A stretch of 64,000 bases of DNA from NCBI GenBank assembly GCA_051530055.1, contig CM121343.1, positions 652,389-716,388 on the forward strand, written 5' to 3'. Both the position numbers and the translations under genes were made by a program. The notes beneath the pieces are model-generated. The model had not been told where the DNA came from and did not search any database. It was given only the letters and a program-made list of their open reading frames with translations. This DNA is from Neoechinorhynchus agilis (Eukaryota; Animalia; Acanthocephala). Shown here one piece after another: positions 49,061-61,837 of the stretch (position 1 is its first letter; every line of letters begins with the position of its first letter).

Positions 49061-50774
49061 CGGACTGCTGATAAGAGTTCTATAATCCCAAAATGACTCC
49101 TATGTGCGCGATTCCGAGTCGTTAGTGCAATAAATGGAAACTCGCATTTCAGTCGTTTGATGTTTCCCTAACTCGTGATGGTCAGCTCACTTATGGATGA
49201 CGAAATAAAGAATTCCTTACTGAAAATAACATTCCAATTGAGTCTATAGATCGCATGGCAGCCTATTCGGGATCACCTTACAACTAGAAATGGATATAGA
49301 TGATATATTGCTCTGCATACAATCCACCTGCATTCCTATCACCATGACGCCCGACGATAGGACGAAACACCAACCCTACAGGAAAGCGAGTGCTACTATA
49401 GAAGGCTATTCCTTTATAAGGCAATTCACGATAATGGTAACTGGCGAAAAAGTCGCAGCGAGGTTTAAGAAATTCGTTCCTCTTGTTTAATGTGAAGTTT
49501 TTAAGCCCAAAAACTCTCGACAGTTGCGCTGAGTAAGTTTTAGTACTCTACAGAGTGCATCCGTTTAATATTCGTTGGAAAGAGAATGTTTAGAATTAAT
49601 TCAGCCTTTTAGGAAATTCGCTTATTGATGCTTAATTTAACAGTTTCACTGTAGAACAACTTTAACGCTTTTTCTACCACTTTAGGTCGGTATGATTTAA
49701 TAAATCTCTCAAGATTAAACTTAAGCAAAATCTATTCGAGAAAACGCGAAAAAGGAATGAAATATTTTTAAAATTTATTCATATTTTATATTGGGCTTCA
49801 TTTCTTGCAAACCCTTTTTACACGATAACAATAATACGGGTTCGAAAATGGATGAATGTAAAGTGCTCAACACATAAATTTGTAATTAATGAAATTTTAA
49901 ACTGGGGCAATTAAGGAATTTCTAATATTTTTAATAATTTCCATTTACTTATGAGGCAAGGCTTCTTCGCGATATATTTCTATAGAATATTTTTATCTGG
50001 GATTATTAGGATTACTGTTTAGGTATTCATCCGGTAAATGATTATTTATTAAAGACGTTTCAAACCTCATCAGGTTGTTAAAAAATTTCACAATGGTTGT
50101 GATCTCTTGAATTCTTTGTGTATATTGATGGAAAACTTTAAATCATTGCAATCGCAGTCAACGACGATCTTAAAAAATTTATTTGGCAATTAATGCTTAC
50201 GTGTGACGGTTATGAAATTAACTTAATATTAAATGATTTCAAATTAAACAAACTATTCTTGAATTAATTTAGTAGTTCAAATTTAGATGGACAAGCAAGA
50301 TAATGTGAAATGGAAGCAAAGGAAATTTGCAAAAGAGAAATAATTTTATTTTGATCGGTAATCAGTGATGATTATCAATTGACTTGATTTAAAGCTCTGT
50401 TTGTTAATGATAAAAATCAATATTATCAGTTCAATTTTGCACGTTTTGTCCATGGCATTTTTTTGCATCGGCATCATCCAATAATAAACCGAGGACCAGC
50501 TGAAGTTTCTCTTATGCTTTTAAACTCATTACGTAATCAATACTTTGGTTCTAATTCCTATATAGACGCAGCTCATTGGCTCACTTGAAATCAATCATAC
50601 GAATATGCTTTAAAGTGCGATCAAAAATAATTGATGATGTGTCCACCTCTTTAAGAACGTGCTCCTGTCAGTTTTCTGTTTCGGCATCATAAAAATGATA
50701 AACCGAGGACCATTTTTACATGAAATAGAATATTTAATACCAATATACAGATTTAAATGCTACAATTTGTTGTC

Positions 50775-50835
50775 TTCAAATGTTATGTTTGTTCGGCAGC
50801 TTCCTTGATGGCCGCGGAATTGCCGCGTAACCACA
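50775..50835 (-). mobile_element. Terminal 3' fragment of the CRE-like element
   Basis: Reverse complement cgcggcaattccgcggccatcaaggaagctgccgaacaaacataac is nearly identical to 31955-32002. Confidence 0.75.
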
Positions 50836-51340
50836 TTCTATAGTTTTATTTAAACCCCACATACCATTTCAATGTGGCTGGGTGTGATTTAATATTTAAA
50901 AAATCGACTTGTCACTGTACCATCGCTGGCTACAAGAATGACCCTTATAATGAAGCAGTGGGGATAATCCCTGAATTTTGAGGTTTAATTGCTCAAATTG
51001 TCTTTGTTTTCGATTTCCCAATGTTAGTATTTGCTGCCATTATGGTGAAACGATCACCGGCCGCTCGAGAAGGTAACGCATTATACAATAATCAAAGTAT
51101 TATGAGTTTAAAATGGCCCTTACAAGTTTAATAGCATCACGTTTCGCCCCTTGACAGCAGTTGTGCGTTCGCTCATGAATTAGCGCACGATTACTCACAT
51201 GAATCGTTCAAAAATGTACTTTATTTTTTGGAAAATCGGATCAAGATTCCAAGTCCGTCACAGTTTTACCTCGGGACCGGCGATCCAGCTAAGCGAATGG
51301 CTCACAAAAATTATGTATATGGATGTATCGAACATTTGCA

Positions 51341-53410
51341 TTACACATTAAATCTGATGGCGGAATTCTTGGTTTTTTCTTGAACGTAAGCAGTAAAATT
51401 TGATAGGAATTTGGGAAATTCCCGTTTGGCAAGAGTTCTAACGACAGAAGCAGGAGCCCATCCTCCGGGGTTTATTGAAGCCACGTAAGTAATCCGGGTG
51501 GAGACGTCCTCACGAGTTTCTCCATTTCCCCGAACAAATGTCTCGCAAGTTAATGCAATATCGGCATTAACCCTAACAGTAGTGCCTGTCGATTCGTCTG
51601 GGGCATCCGGGTGATCGACTGACTGATTGACCACAATCCAAGTGGAATGTTTGCTATAGCCGTCCATTAGTGGTTTTAAATGTGAATCTTGAAAAGAAGA
51701 AATATGCGAGAGGATGCAAGCATCTCGTTGAACACTCGGCCAAACTCGTCGATGCATTTGGTAGCATATAACATTGTTCTCACCAATCCGATCGACTACA
51801 GTGAGACTCTCCAATGTTCCATCCCAATCTTGACGACAATCAGGACTCCAAAAGTGCCAACACATTTCATATCCCGATACGCCATGCACAATATGCTCCA
51901 TTTTAAGCGGATCAAGGGTTCGACCATTCACCTCCATTTCGCGTCTGTAGACCTTCATCTGACCTTCGGTGTGGATGCAATTCCATCCTTCCAGGTTTTC
52001 GCGATCTTGTCGATCGACTTGAATATGCTCAAACATTGCTTTGATTGTCTACACAGATTTATACTGATTATGTGAGGGCAAAAAATAGACAACCCAAGAT
52101 TTTCAAACTTTGAATTTTTTAGGATAGAAAACCTTTCTGAAATCATAAGAAGGGTGAATTGATCAAGTTAGACGACGACTCCCAAAGCCGAAATGTCCAA
52201 AAAAATCGTACTCAGCAACCACGGAGTTTATGTTAAACCCGAAGAAGGTACTAGTTGAAATGTGGAATTCGATTTTCAAGAGTAGCTTATCATCGGCAAT
52301 ATCTTGTACATACCCTTTGAACTAGATAGTAATATTGATGATCGGTTCCAGTGGGTTCTGTTGGATACAAGGTAACAATTGAGTTTTGATCAGTTTGAGG
52401 GATTTCATTGTTCACTTCACTCTGATGGCTTGAATCCGAAGAATGTCTAATAGAATCATCTTTTGATTGACGTTTCAATTGAAGATACCTATTACGCCAG
52501 ATACTATCGCGTCTTTGCATCGAATCAATGTACGAGTTTAGATTAACCAACAGGCTATCGGATGTTGATTTGAAAGCGCCTATTTCGTTTTGAAGTTCGA
52601 TCAAGAGATATTGACTATAATCAACAACTGGTTGTTTTTGCGCATGGATAATTATCTCTTCTTCTTTGCTTCTCTCGCACTTGAAACGTTCGCCGGTTTC
52701 TTCTAATTGATTACCTGAAGTGATATCGATCAACCGATCGATTCTGCCTTCGAGAGCGCAAAGCTGCTGAACAGCTAAGTCACGAAAAGTGCATATTTGC
52801 ATGAATCGTTGTCTTAGAGTATCGTCTGTTTCCTATTCCCTAGAATAAAGCGACCTTTAAAAACAATCAACAATTTACCTCGTTTTCACATTGATTTTCA
52901 CTGCATACTGATGATTTATCCGAGTGTATCGAATTGATTAAAGACAGATCTGTGTTCGAGCGTTCGTCCCTACCAACGGAATTGCCGATTTGTTCAGTAA
53001 GAGCCGAAACCCAACACCGGAAAGATTCTTTGTCAGCTCTTAAATGCCAAACGGAATCATTTGCCAGTACAGTGAATCGGACAATAGGAGTAGGCATGTG
53101 GACGCACAAGATTGCTAACCCCTATTCTTAAACTATCCGACCAACAGCTATCAATTTTGAGAGTCTTTAGTGTGATTGAGCCACGACATTCATCATCTGA
53201 CTGCGACTTAAAGTAGCTGAGAGTGTTAGCGTCCAGTACAAAATATCGTTTTTTCCAGCCATTCAAGTAGTTGGTCCATTTCTCCAAATATCCAGCCAAC
53301 GAATGAGATGCTAACGGCATCTTGGAACGTTTGTCCGTTCCGTTTGAGCTCTGTAGATGCCGGAATTCGATTGACGGCGAGCACGATGACGCCTTCATAG
53401 CTTCTAGCAA
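51341..53410 (-). CDS. CERT1: Ceramide transfer protein (PH domain, coiled coil, START domain); multi-exon
   Basis: PH: [20 protein letters not shown]...[14 protein letters not shown]; middle: [20 protein letters not shown]...I..M.RRDSIW; START: [75 protein letters not shown]. Confidence 0.93.
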
Positions 53411-53701
53411 ACTTTACGATGCATATCGGAAAAGGATTGAGAACTTAGAGCTTCAGTCTACAAACGAACTTTATGCGCTATAACGAGGCTTAAAGACGCG
53501 TCACATCCACCTCTGAGTCAAGCGCAACCTATGCTCCTAAACACTAACATTTATGAGTGCACTAAACCACGATTGACTCCATTGTATCGATTTAATCATA
53601 AAAAACGATATGCAATTATAAAAAAACCAATAATGAGGCGTTAAATTTGTTATTTTGGCTTACGGTTCGGACTTAGCCATGTTCATCATAAGTTTGTCTT
53701 C

Positions 53702-53846
53702 CTCAATGGCGAGTTGTAACACACTCGAGTTTTATTGAACTCTTCACGGCGAATTTTCAAGGATTCAGCACCTTTCTCAAGTATTGTTAAAGTGTTTAGA
53801 GTGAAGAGTTCAATAAAACTCGAGTGCGTTACAATTCGCCATTGAG
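53702..53846. mobile_element. 145-bp MITE with 46-bp inverted arms (2 mismatches)
   Basis: 53702-53747 pairs with 53801-53846; a second partial copy lies at 43262-43355. Confidence 0.85.
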
Positions 53847-54863
53847 AATATACATCCACTCGAATGAACAATTGAATAGGAATAAGTTTATCGGATGAAG
53901 ATTTCTAAGTAACCAACCTAATCAATCACTCCGATACCTCCTCGCACATATCGATATTTTGAAATAAATATCTAAATAATTCGAACGTTCAGGTAATATC
54001 CACATTAAAACCAATTCTTTTATTGCTTTAAGATTGAAAACTCGCAGATAAATATGATTGGAATTGTGTTGTTTAGAAGTCTTTACCCGCGGTAAATGAT
54101 TTTGTTTGTTAAAGACGTTCTCGGGTTCATTATCAGTTCTAAAATACAAGCGGTTAAGTCGTATTTTAGAACTGATGATGATGATGAACCCAAGGACGAG
54201 GTTCACAAAGAAATCATTTACCGCGGGTGAAGACTTCTAAAATAACAACAATTCCCAAACAGAACTTGATTTTAATATTTTTCAGCGAGAATGCAAGTCT
54301 TAAGGAAACGAATGCAGCAGGATTGAATGTACCGGAGGAATTCTCGACAGAGAACAACTCAATTTTGATGAATTAAAATATGTTTTGCTGAAGGCGAAGT
54401 AAAGAAAAATGATTTAATATTTCGTCCTCTACGTGGGACTTTAGAATTATTTGTAAAAACCTATAACGTAAAAACTTATCTATAAATAACATCTTAGCAA
54501 CGAATCAAGTTTCCTCATAAACTTCGATTATTTAGATTTAATTAAAATTATCACCGAAGATTATTTTTAGCGGATTTCATGCGGAAAAGACGAATTAAAT
54601 CATCTTCGTCGGTATAGAGACGGAAAACGAAATAAAAAGAGTGAATTATCCTCAGCAATGATAATTGCAAAGATAATGAAACCAAAAACAACGTTTAATA
54701 CATGAATGCGAACAAAATTATGGGCGAAAATCTTAGTTACAGAAAGTTGTAAAGCATTAAAATCAATGGAGGAATCCAAAGTTGTGAGGTTATGCGTTTG
54801 GACATCAAAATTTAAAATATCATGAACCGGAGGAGAGATCAAACCTCACAATCTCTCGTGCAA

Positions 54864-54940
54864 ATTCGAGTGTTAATGAAGACCCAAAGATACATGGGTT
54901 CTTTTCTTCTTTAATTAACAAATAAACTTGTTATTATTAT
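54864..54940 (+). mobile_element. LINE/SINE 3' tail copy
   Basis: ttcgagtgttaatgaagacccaaagatacatgggttc...aataaacttgttattattat. Confidence 0.65.
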
Positions 54941-54987
54941 AGATTATCCTTATTTTAACAAGTTAAGCAATTGGAAATAAATGATAA

Positions 54988-55103
54988 TTTTTGACATCGA
55001 TATTTCGGAGTTTTACTGCTTTTCGACAAGACCTTAAATAGTAGAAAACTTACAAACAATCGCGTGTGTTTGTCTAGAATTCCGAAATATCGGTATCAAA
55101 AAT
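54988..55103. mobile_element. Small degenerate MITE with about 23-bp imperfect inverted ends
   Basis: tttttgacatcgatatttcgga versus tccgaaatatcggtatcaaaaa. Confidence 0.5.
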
Positions 55104-55909
55104 AAACACTTATTTTCAATCGCTTAAAGAATGTCAATCGAAAAGATAACAGTCGGTTAAGAAGTTAGTCGATAATCCACTAATTGATCAAATATTTAAG
55201 TTAAATAATCTTCGTTCGAAACGTTATAATCTGTGTTTAGATAAATAATATCGAAAAGTCATTCAATTAAAATCTGAATAAAACTTCCTATCTTAGGAAA
55301 TCTTATTAAAATTTTAAAGTGAGCTCGATGGAGAAATAAAATTCTACTTCATAAAAATTAAGAGGTTTAAAAGAAATGCCAAAATGCATCTAAAAATTTA
55401 TAACCCGGTACAAATTCAAAAATGAAAGAGAGAATGCGATTTTGTTGCTTTTTTCAAAAAAAGAGGTCATAATTCATTAAAGAAAAAGATCCGAATTCAG
55501 TGTTTGAAAAGATCGATACATTCAAGACGGAATTCACCTTATTCTCAAGCACTCATCGTCTTAATCTAAAATATATAAGAGATTCATTCGAACATTCCGA
55601 TCTGTATGAAAATTGATTTCTCAGAAAGATTCGAGGACTAACGCACAATTCAACCGCGAAAATTTTGATTATTCGAGGTTCTTCACAAATGGACGAATAG
55701 CTATTCAAGAACCTTTAATTTTCGTACTTTTCGAAACTGATCCACAAGCACACAGAAATTCGCCGAAAACGGATCAATGACTAAGCTGTGAGTGTTAGTG
55801 AATATAGAGGTTTCCATCAATAATTCTTCTTGCCTGGAATATTCGATCAAGTAAAAAAATCGACAGTTGTTGACCGATGGATTCATAGTTCAAATAAATA
55901 TCGGTATTA

Positions 55910-57562
55910 ATCGAACGCCTGAGATTTTCATACCATGGAACGTCGATTATCCGGATCAGAATGCTGTCCTACTCAACGTCTGTTACTGGAAGAGAATCTT
56001 ACAGCGAAAAAACGAAGGTGCACCATCGTACACACTAAAATAAGTGATTATTTTTAATAATAAAGTAAAAATTACGTGATTCTACTTTAATTTTGCCTTT
56101 ATTAATCACTTTCCTCTCCCGAATGTTATTTGATATCTGTAGTCGAGCTTGAAAAACTAGACAAATCACATTGAGTTTTCGGTTATCCGAAACCGACCTC
56201 GTATCCGAATGGTGTCCGATCTAAATTAATTCGAGAAAATTAATGACTCGTTCTTCTATCCAAATCGAACGCCTGGGATTTTAATGCAGTGGAACGTCGA
56301 TTATCCGGATCAAAATGCTGTCCTACTCAATTTCCGTTACTGGAAGAGAATCTTACAGCGAAAAAACGAAGGTGCACCATCGTACACAGAAAAATAAGTG
56401 AATATTTTCAATAATAAAATTAAAATTACGTGATTCTACTTTAATTTTGCCTTTATTAACCACTCCTTCCCCCGACTGTTATTTGATATCCGTAGCCGAG
56501 ATTTAGAAACTGGGTAAATGACATTGTGGTTTCGGTTATCCGAAACCGACCTCGTATCCGAATGGTTTCCGATCTAAATTAATTCGAGAAAATAAATGAC
56601 TGGTCCTACTGTCCAAATCGAACGCCTGGGATTTTAATGCAGATGAAAGTCGATTATCCGGATCAGAATGCTGTCCTACTCAATTTCTGTTACTAGAAGA
56701 GAATCTTACAGCGAAAAAACGAAGGTGCACCATCGTACACAGTAAAATAAGTATTATTTTTAATAATAAAGATAAAATTACGTGATTCTACTTTAATTTT
56801 GCCTTTATTAACCACTTTCCTCTCCCGAATGTTATTTGATATCTGTAGTCGAGCTTGAAAAACTAGACAAATCACATTGAGTTTTCGGTTATCCGAAACC
56901 GACCTCGTATCCGAATGGTGTCCGATCTAAATTAATTCGAGAAAATTAATGACTCGTTCTTCTATCCAAATCGAACGCCTGGGATTTTAATGCAGTGGAA
57001 CGTCGATTATCCGGATCAAAATGCTGTCCTACTCGATTTCCGTTACTAGAAGAGAATCTTACAGCGAAAAAACGAAGGTGCACCATCGTACACAGAAAAA
57101 TAAGTGAATATTTTCAATAATAAAATTAAAATTACGTGATTCTACTTTAATTTTGCCTTTATTAACCACTCCTTCCCCCGACTGTTATTTGATATCCGTA
57201 GCCGAGATTTAGAAACTGGGTAAATGACATTTTCTAGATCTGACTGAAGAAGGCACAAACCGAAATCAATTTTCTGAGTGAATATCGCTAGGTGAAATTG
57301 GTGGTTTCGGTTATCCGAAACCGACCTCGTATCTGAATGGTTTCCGATCTAAATTAATTCGAGAAAATAAATGACTGGTCCTACTGTCCAAATCGAACGC
57401 CTGGGATTTTAATGCAGATGAAAGTCGATTATCCGGATCAGGATGCTGTCTTACTCGATTTCTGTTACTAGAAGAGAATCTTACAGCGAAAAAACGAAGG
57501 TGTACGATCGTACACAGAAAAACAAGTATTATTTTCAATAATAAAGATAAAATTACGTGATT
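55910..57562. repeat. 353-bp satellite, array 2 (about 4.5 monomers, alternating A/B variants, 69-bp insertion at 57232-57300)
   Basis: cggttatccgaaacc at 56180, 56533, 56886, 57308 (spacings 353, 353, 422); same family and orientation as 32785-34045. Confidence 0.95.
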
Positions 57563-60075
57563 GCCTTAGGGTCCTCATCCGTTAATATGAGGATATACAG
57601 TGGAGGGATGTGCAAAAAATCTCTTTCTCTCTATTTCTCCCCATCGATTTCCTCAGGCAGTTCAATAGAAATATTCAGTTAATTTTGCGTTTTGATTGTT
57701 GTATGAAAATAAAATCAAGGCATTCGGTGAGAGGGGGAAAGTCAGCTGTACCAATTTTAGATGCTCTTTTATGAAGAATTTCAAGACGGCGGATTAGAGA
57801 TTTGGAAAGGTTGCAAAATACGGGATAACCGTAGGTGAGGGAGGGTAAGATAAAGCGGAAGTAAAATTTGTAGAGATTTAGTGAAGGGATTCCTAAATGT
57901 CGGAGGCGTTTGAGGAGATAAATTTTAAAGGCGTTGTGCTTGAAGGAGAGAGTGATGTGCGAGTCCCATTTCAAATTTGATTGAAATTGGATACCCAGAA
58001 TTCTTAGGGAGGTTACCCGTAAGATGTCATTTAGAAGATGGGGGTACTTTATTTGTATTCGGGAGATTGAGGGAATCATTTCGAAGTATTTAGATAAATT
58101 GAGATTGAGTTTATGATTAGCGCAGAAATCTTTTATGCATGATATTTCTTTAGAGGTTAAGGAAAAGGAGAGGTTGGGTGGTGAGTGGGTGATATCGTCG
58201 GCGTATAAGAAGAGCTCAGAGTGAGCGGAGATAGGTTTGACGTTGTTTAGAAAAATATTAAAGAGAAGTGGTGACAGCACAGCGCCTTTGGTGATGGATA
58301 GGCTGATAGAAGAGGTAGAACGGCAGTGAATGTATTGTTTACTATTGTGAAGGTAAGATTCGAGCCAGCGGATCTGCCACAAGTGGATACCAAAATTGGA
58401 GCAGGCCCGGAGGAGTGAACTGTCCACTGAGTCGAAAGCTTTAGATAAATCAAGATGAATGAGACTGGTGACGTGGGAGGGATTGTTGTCGAGGTTACGT
58501 AGGAGTGTGTCATAAATGCAAAGTAGGGTATCGGCTGCAGAAAATCTGGGCCGGAAGCAAAATTGTAGGGGCGATAACTTTTCGTTGAGAAGTGAAAGAA
58601 GGCGAGGTTTAAAACATTTTTTCGGTGACTTTTGAAAGAGCGGGTAGAATGGAAATTGGACGGAACGATTCGGCCGAAATAGGATGTCATCTTTTCGAAC
58701 AAGGATAACTTTAGCAGTTTTCAGGCAAGAGGGGCAGATGTCGTATAAAGAGCTGAGGTTTATAATGTGGGTAAGAGATCGATGAGTTCGGGATGATGTA
58801 GCGAAGAGCCTAGTTTGGGATTTCCGATTGTAAGGATGAATTTTTTGGTAATTTCTTGAGATACTGCAATACTTCATATAATGATACTAAGGGAAATATC
58901 GGTGAGTTGACAAAAGTTTCAGCTGTGGGCGTGAAGGATTGTGTGGAGACTGATGTTGAGCAGTGATTGCAAATTTAGTCATGGCAGGATTTCTGATTAA
59001 TGGAATCTAGAATCTGTTTTAATTCAGTGGAGGACAAATTAGTGAAGGGGTCCGGGTGGCGTAGACCAACAGAGTCCTTGACGGCCTACCACTATGTTGA
59101 GTTGCCACCTGATCGAATTTTAGAGGAAAGGAAGTTATTGCTGTCGATAAGATTTTTGTTAGTACTTTTTGTAAACGGGAAGAGTCTGCGGGATTATTGC
59201 GATGGACCTTAGAAGCTTGCCTTTGTATAGGTTTCCGAATGGGAATTGTCCATGGAGGGTCGCGGTTGGAGATCCTAATGAATTTCTTGGGAATTGCCGA
59301 AGCTAGGGATTTTTTTATGATTGCAGTTATCGAGGAAATGGCCAAGGAAGGGTCATTTGTGTTGTCAGAGTGGGATGTGCGGATGTTAGAATTGAACAAT
59401 ATAAAATTTTTGATGTGATGATCACGTTTATCCCAGACGGGTAAACGGGGAGATTTCATACGCTGAGGTGCGGTGGATGGAGTGATAAGGGCAGAGGAAT
59501 GGCTAGAGTTCGCGGGGGGAGGGAGTTTTGAGGCGGATGAGTAGGCTTCGATATTTGTGAACACTTTGTCGAGGTGAGGGTCAAGACGAGTTGGGAAGTC
59601 AATAAGTCGACGCAACTTCGTGAAGGGTAGAAGAAGAAATATATTATTGAAGCCCCTGCAATTAAGAAATGGTGTGAATTTGTGGAGTTTATGAGCTCCA
59701 TCATAGACTCAATTTGAAGCAAGGACTCAGGACGGGAGGCCGGAGGGCGATAGACGGCAGCAATGGTGAATTTTCTAAAGCCCTTTCTTAGAGGAGCTAT
59801 AAAATGGACTGCGATGAATTCTAGACCTGGGTTCGGTGGAGAGCCCGTGAGAGATAAAGAGTATGGTAGCGATTGCCGTACGTAAATTTAGACCCCCCTC
59901 CTGGACGGTCCTCGCGATATGTATGGAAGGAAGAGTACCCGGGAAGGATGGCTGTATTGCTGTTTGAAGGCGCTATGCCAAGTTTCTGTTAAGATTACTT
60001 GACAGTGTCTGTTTGCATCGTCCTTGTTTATGAACATGCAATTTCGTTTGTTGACGAGTTATTGCGCCATCGCTG
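57563..60075 (-). mobile_element. Pseudogenised CR1/L2-type LINE (APE + RT), 3' end abutting the 353-bp satellite
   Basis: APE remnants ILTETW, GV*IYVR, IAAVYRPP, LDPHLDKVFTN; RT LSPLQFCFRP, LDLSKAFDSV, GAVLSPLLFNIF, LFLYADD, LGIQFQSNLKWDSHI; 3' hairpin tcctcat/atgagga. Confidence 0.9.
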
Positions 60076-60263
60076 ATATTGGTTTAATTCAGATTTACCC
60101 TTCTTATTAAATGATCTTTTACCTCACAAAAGTTCGCGAAAATCCGATATTCGTTCGTGTTCTTTTTTGAAAACTTGACTCTCGGGCACTTGTCGGGACG
60201 CTTTTTCGTGAGTTGCGACTTGACAGTTTTTGTTTACATCGTCCTTGTACTTAGATTTACAAA

Positions 60264-60969
60264 GGTCACTGCCAGCGTCTTTTTGAAGGTACTGGCGCAT
60301 TATAAATATTGATTATGATCAAAATGTTTGGTTTGATTTAATATTAATCATAGACAACCTTTGGTCTATAAGTAGTTATGTATTGTCCATCAGCACTACA
60401 TGCATTTAATCAGGCTTGAAGATTATGTCTCAGATTAACTAACTTATTAAACAAAACTATTTCTGGTCGCCATACAAGATCTGGGTGTAGTCTGATGCTC
60501 TCTAAGCCGCCGTACTCTGATGGATTCCAAACAAGGTTCTTATCTAACCACGACTAAGCACAAAATTATCCACTCATCTTGTATAAACGGGAAATTACCA
60601 GCTCGAGAAAATGATTCACTTTCATTAGTTGCTCTCTTTCCGACTAAATATATATTTGGATATGTTGTAAAAAATAAACCCAACTGGATCAGAATATTTC
60701 GCCATATAGTCAAACCGAATTTTGTTTAAATACCGCAGGGTCGCGGATAAAATGGTAAAGATAACTCGCATTGAGTTTTTTTATCAGAAGATATAAACAA
60801 GTACGAAATATTTTCTTCGCTCAATCGTTTTAAATGAAAAATCACTCGAGAATGACGGATCTTTTTAGTTGTAAATACAGGGTCACTGCCAGCGTCTTTT
60901 TGAAGGTACTGGCGCATTATAAATATTGATTATGATCAAAATGTTTGGTTTGATTTAATATTAATCATA
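60264..60969. repeat. 89-bp exact direct repeat pair (60264-60352 and 60881-60969)
   Basis: ggtcactgccagcgtctttttgaagg...gatttaatattaatcata occurs twice, 617 bp apart. Confidence 0.9.
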
Positions 60970-60984
60970 AGGAGATTTGTAATG

Positions 60985-61290
60985 CAGTCCCCAGGGGGAG
61001 CGGCTACTGCCGCGGAGGACCGAAAGGTTGCGAAATATAAAGAATTAAGTAGGCCTCACGTTTTTATACCCTTTGGAGTGGAGACTCTTGGTGCGCTCGG
61101 TAGTTCGGCACTTAGATTTACGGAGTAGTTATCGAGTAGACTCCAGGCCAAGAAATGAAATGCAAGAGCTGGTGCCTTCCTGCGCCAAACCATTGGTCTC
61201 GCGATCCAAAGAGGAAACGCAGCGAGTGTGGTCGCGACCACTGAGGGGAGAGCAATGCCTCTTCTTCGTGGACGGTGGTGATTGTTGAAA
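60985..61290 (+). mobile_element. 3' fragment of CRE-like RLE retrotransposon
   Basis: SPGGAATAAEDRKVAKYKEL..PHVFIPFGVETLGALGSSAL...AGAFLRQTIGLAIQRGNAASVVAT...GRW*. Confidence 0.85.
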
Positions 61291-61837
61291 CGTTTTGTTG
61301 TTGTGTGTAAATGAAAGAGTTGCTTTCAAAAAAGGAAACAAAATTTTAGTTTTAACATTACGTAAAAAATTTCTTTTAAAACTCAATGCTGCGCGTTGTA
61401 TCGTAGGAAATGATAATCTAATAAATCAAAGTCGATAAACGTGCGACGTTTTATCTGAACGAGATGAGTATTCGAGGTAAAATTATAATCTTACATTATA
61501 AAACTGATTTTTTGCACTTATAAAATTGATAGAGTCCAAGAGTCGTCCACAATTGGATAAAAATGCTTGATTGTTATGAATGAAATGGTTAACAGAATCT
61601 ACGCATGTAATTTATAGTTTTTCAGCTATTATTTGCCTTCAATACCAAAAACGAACATTGTAAATGAGGGTGAGATATATGACAAAGATAGGACGGAGCA
61701 TGTTAAAACCGACACATACCACGCTGATTAGCTGATGGAAGCCTATTCCTAAGTTTGCTCGGAACGTTTCATTGTGGTATCGAACCGGTCTCAAAAGTGG
61801 ATTGTAATTCTTTAATAGTTTTTCTTCGTGATATCGC

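Noticed and set aside
57240-57290. Functional minimal hammerhead in the 69-bp insert
   Set aside because: CTGAAGA and GAAA are present with a 2-bp stem II, but no UH triplet is positioned with both stem III and stem I.
60465-60535. Faint 5S rRNA-like words (gccatac, gtctgat, ctaagc, gtact..gatgg)
   Set aside because: Spacing is far too short and the helices cannot be formed; likely chance.
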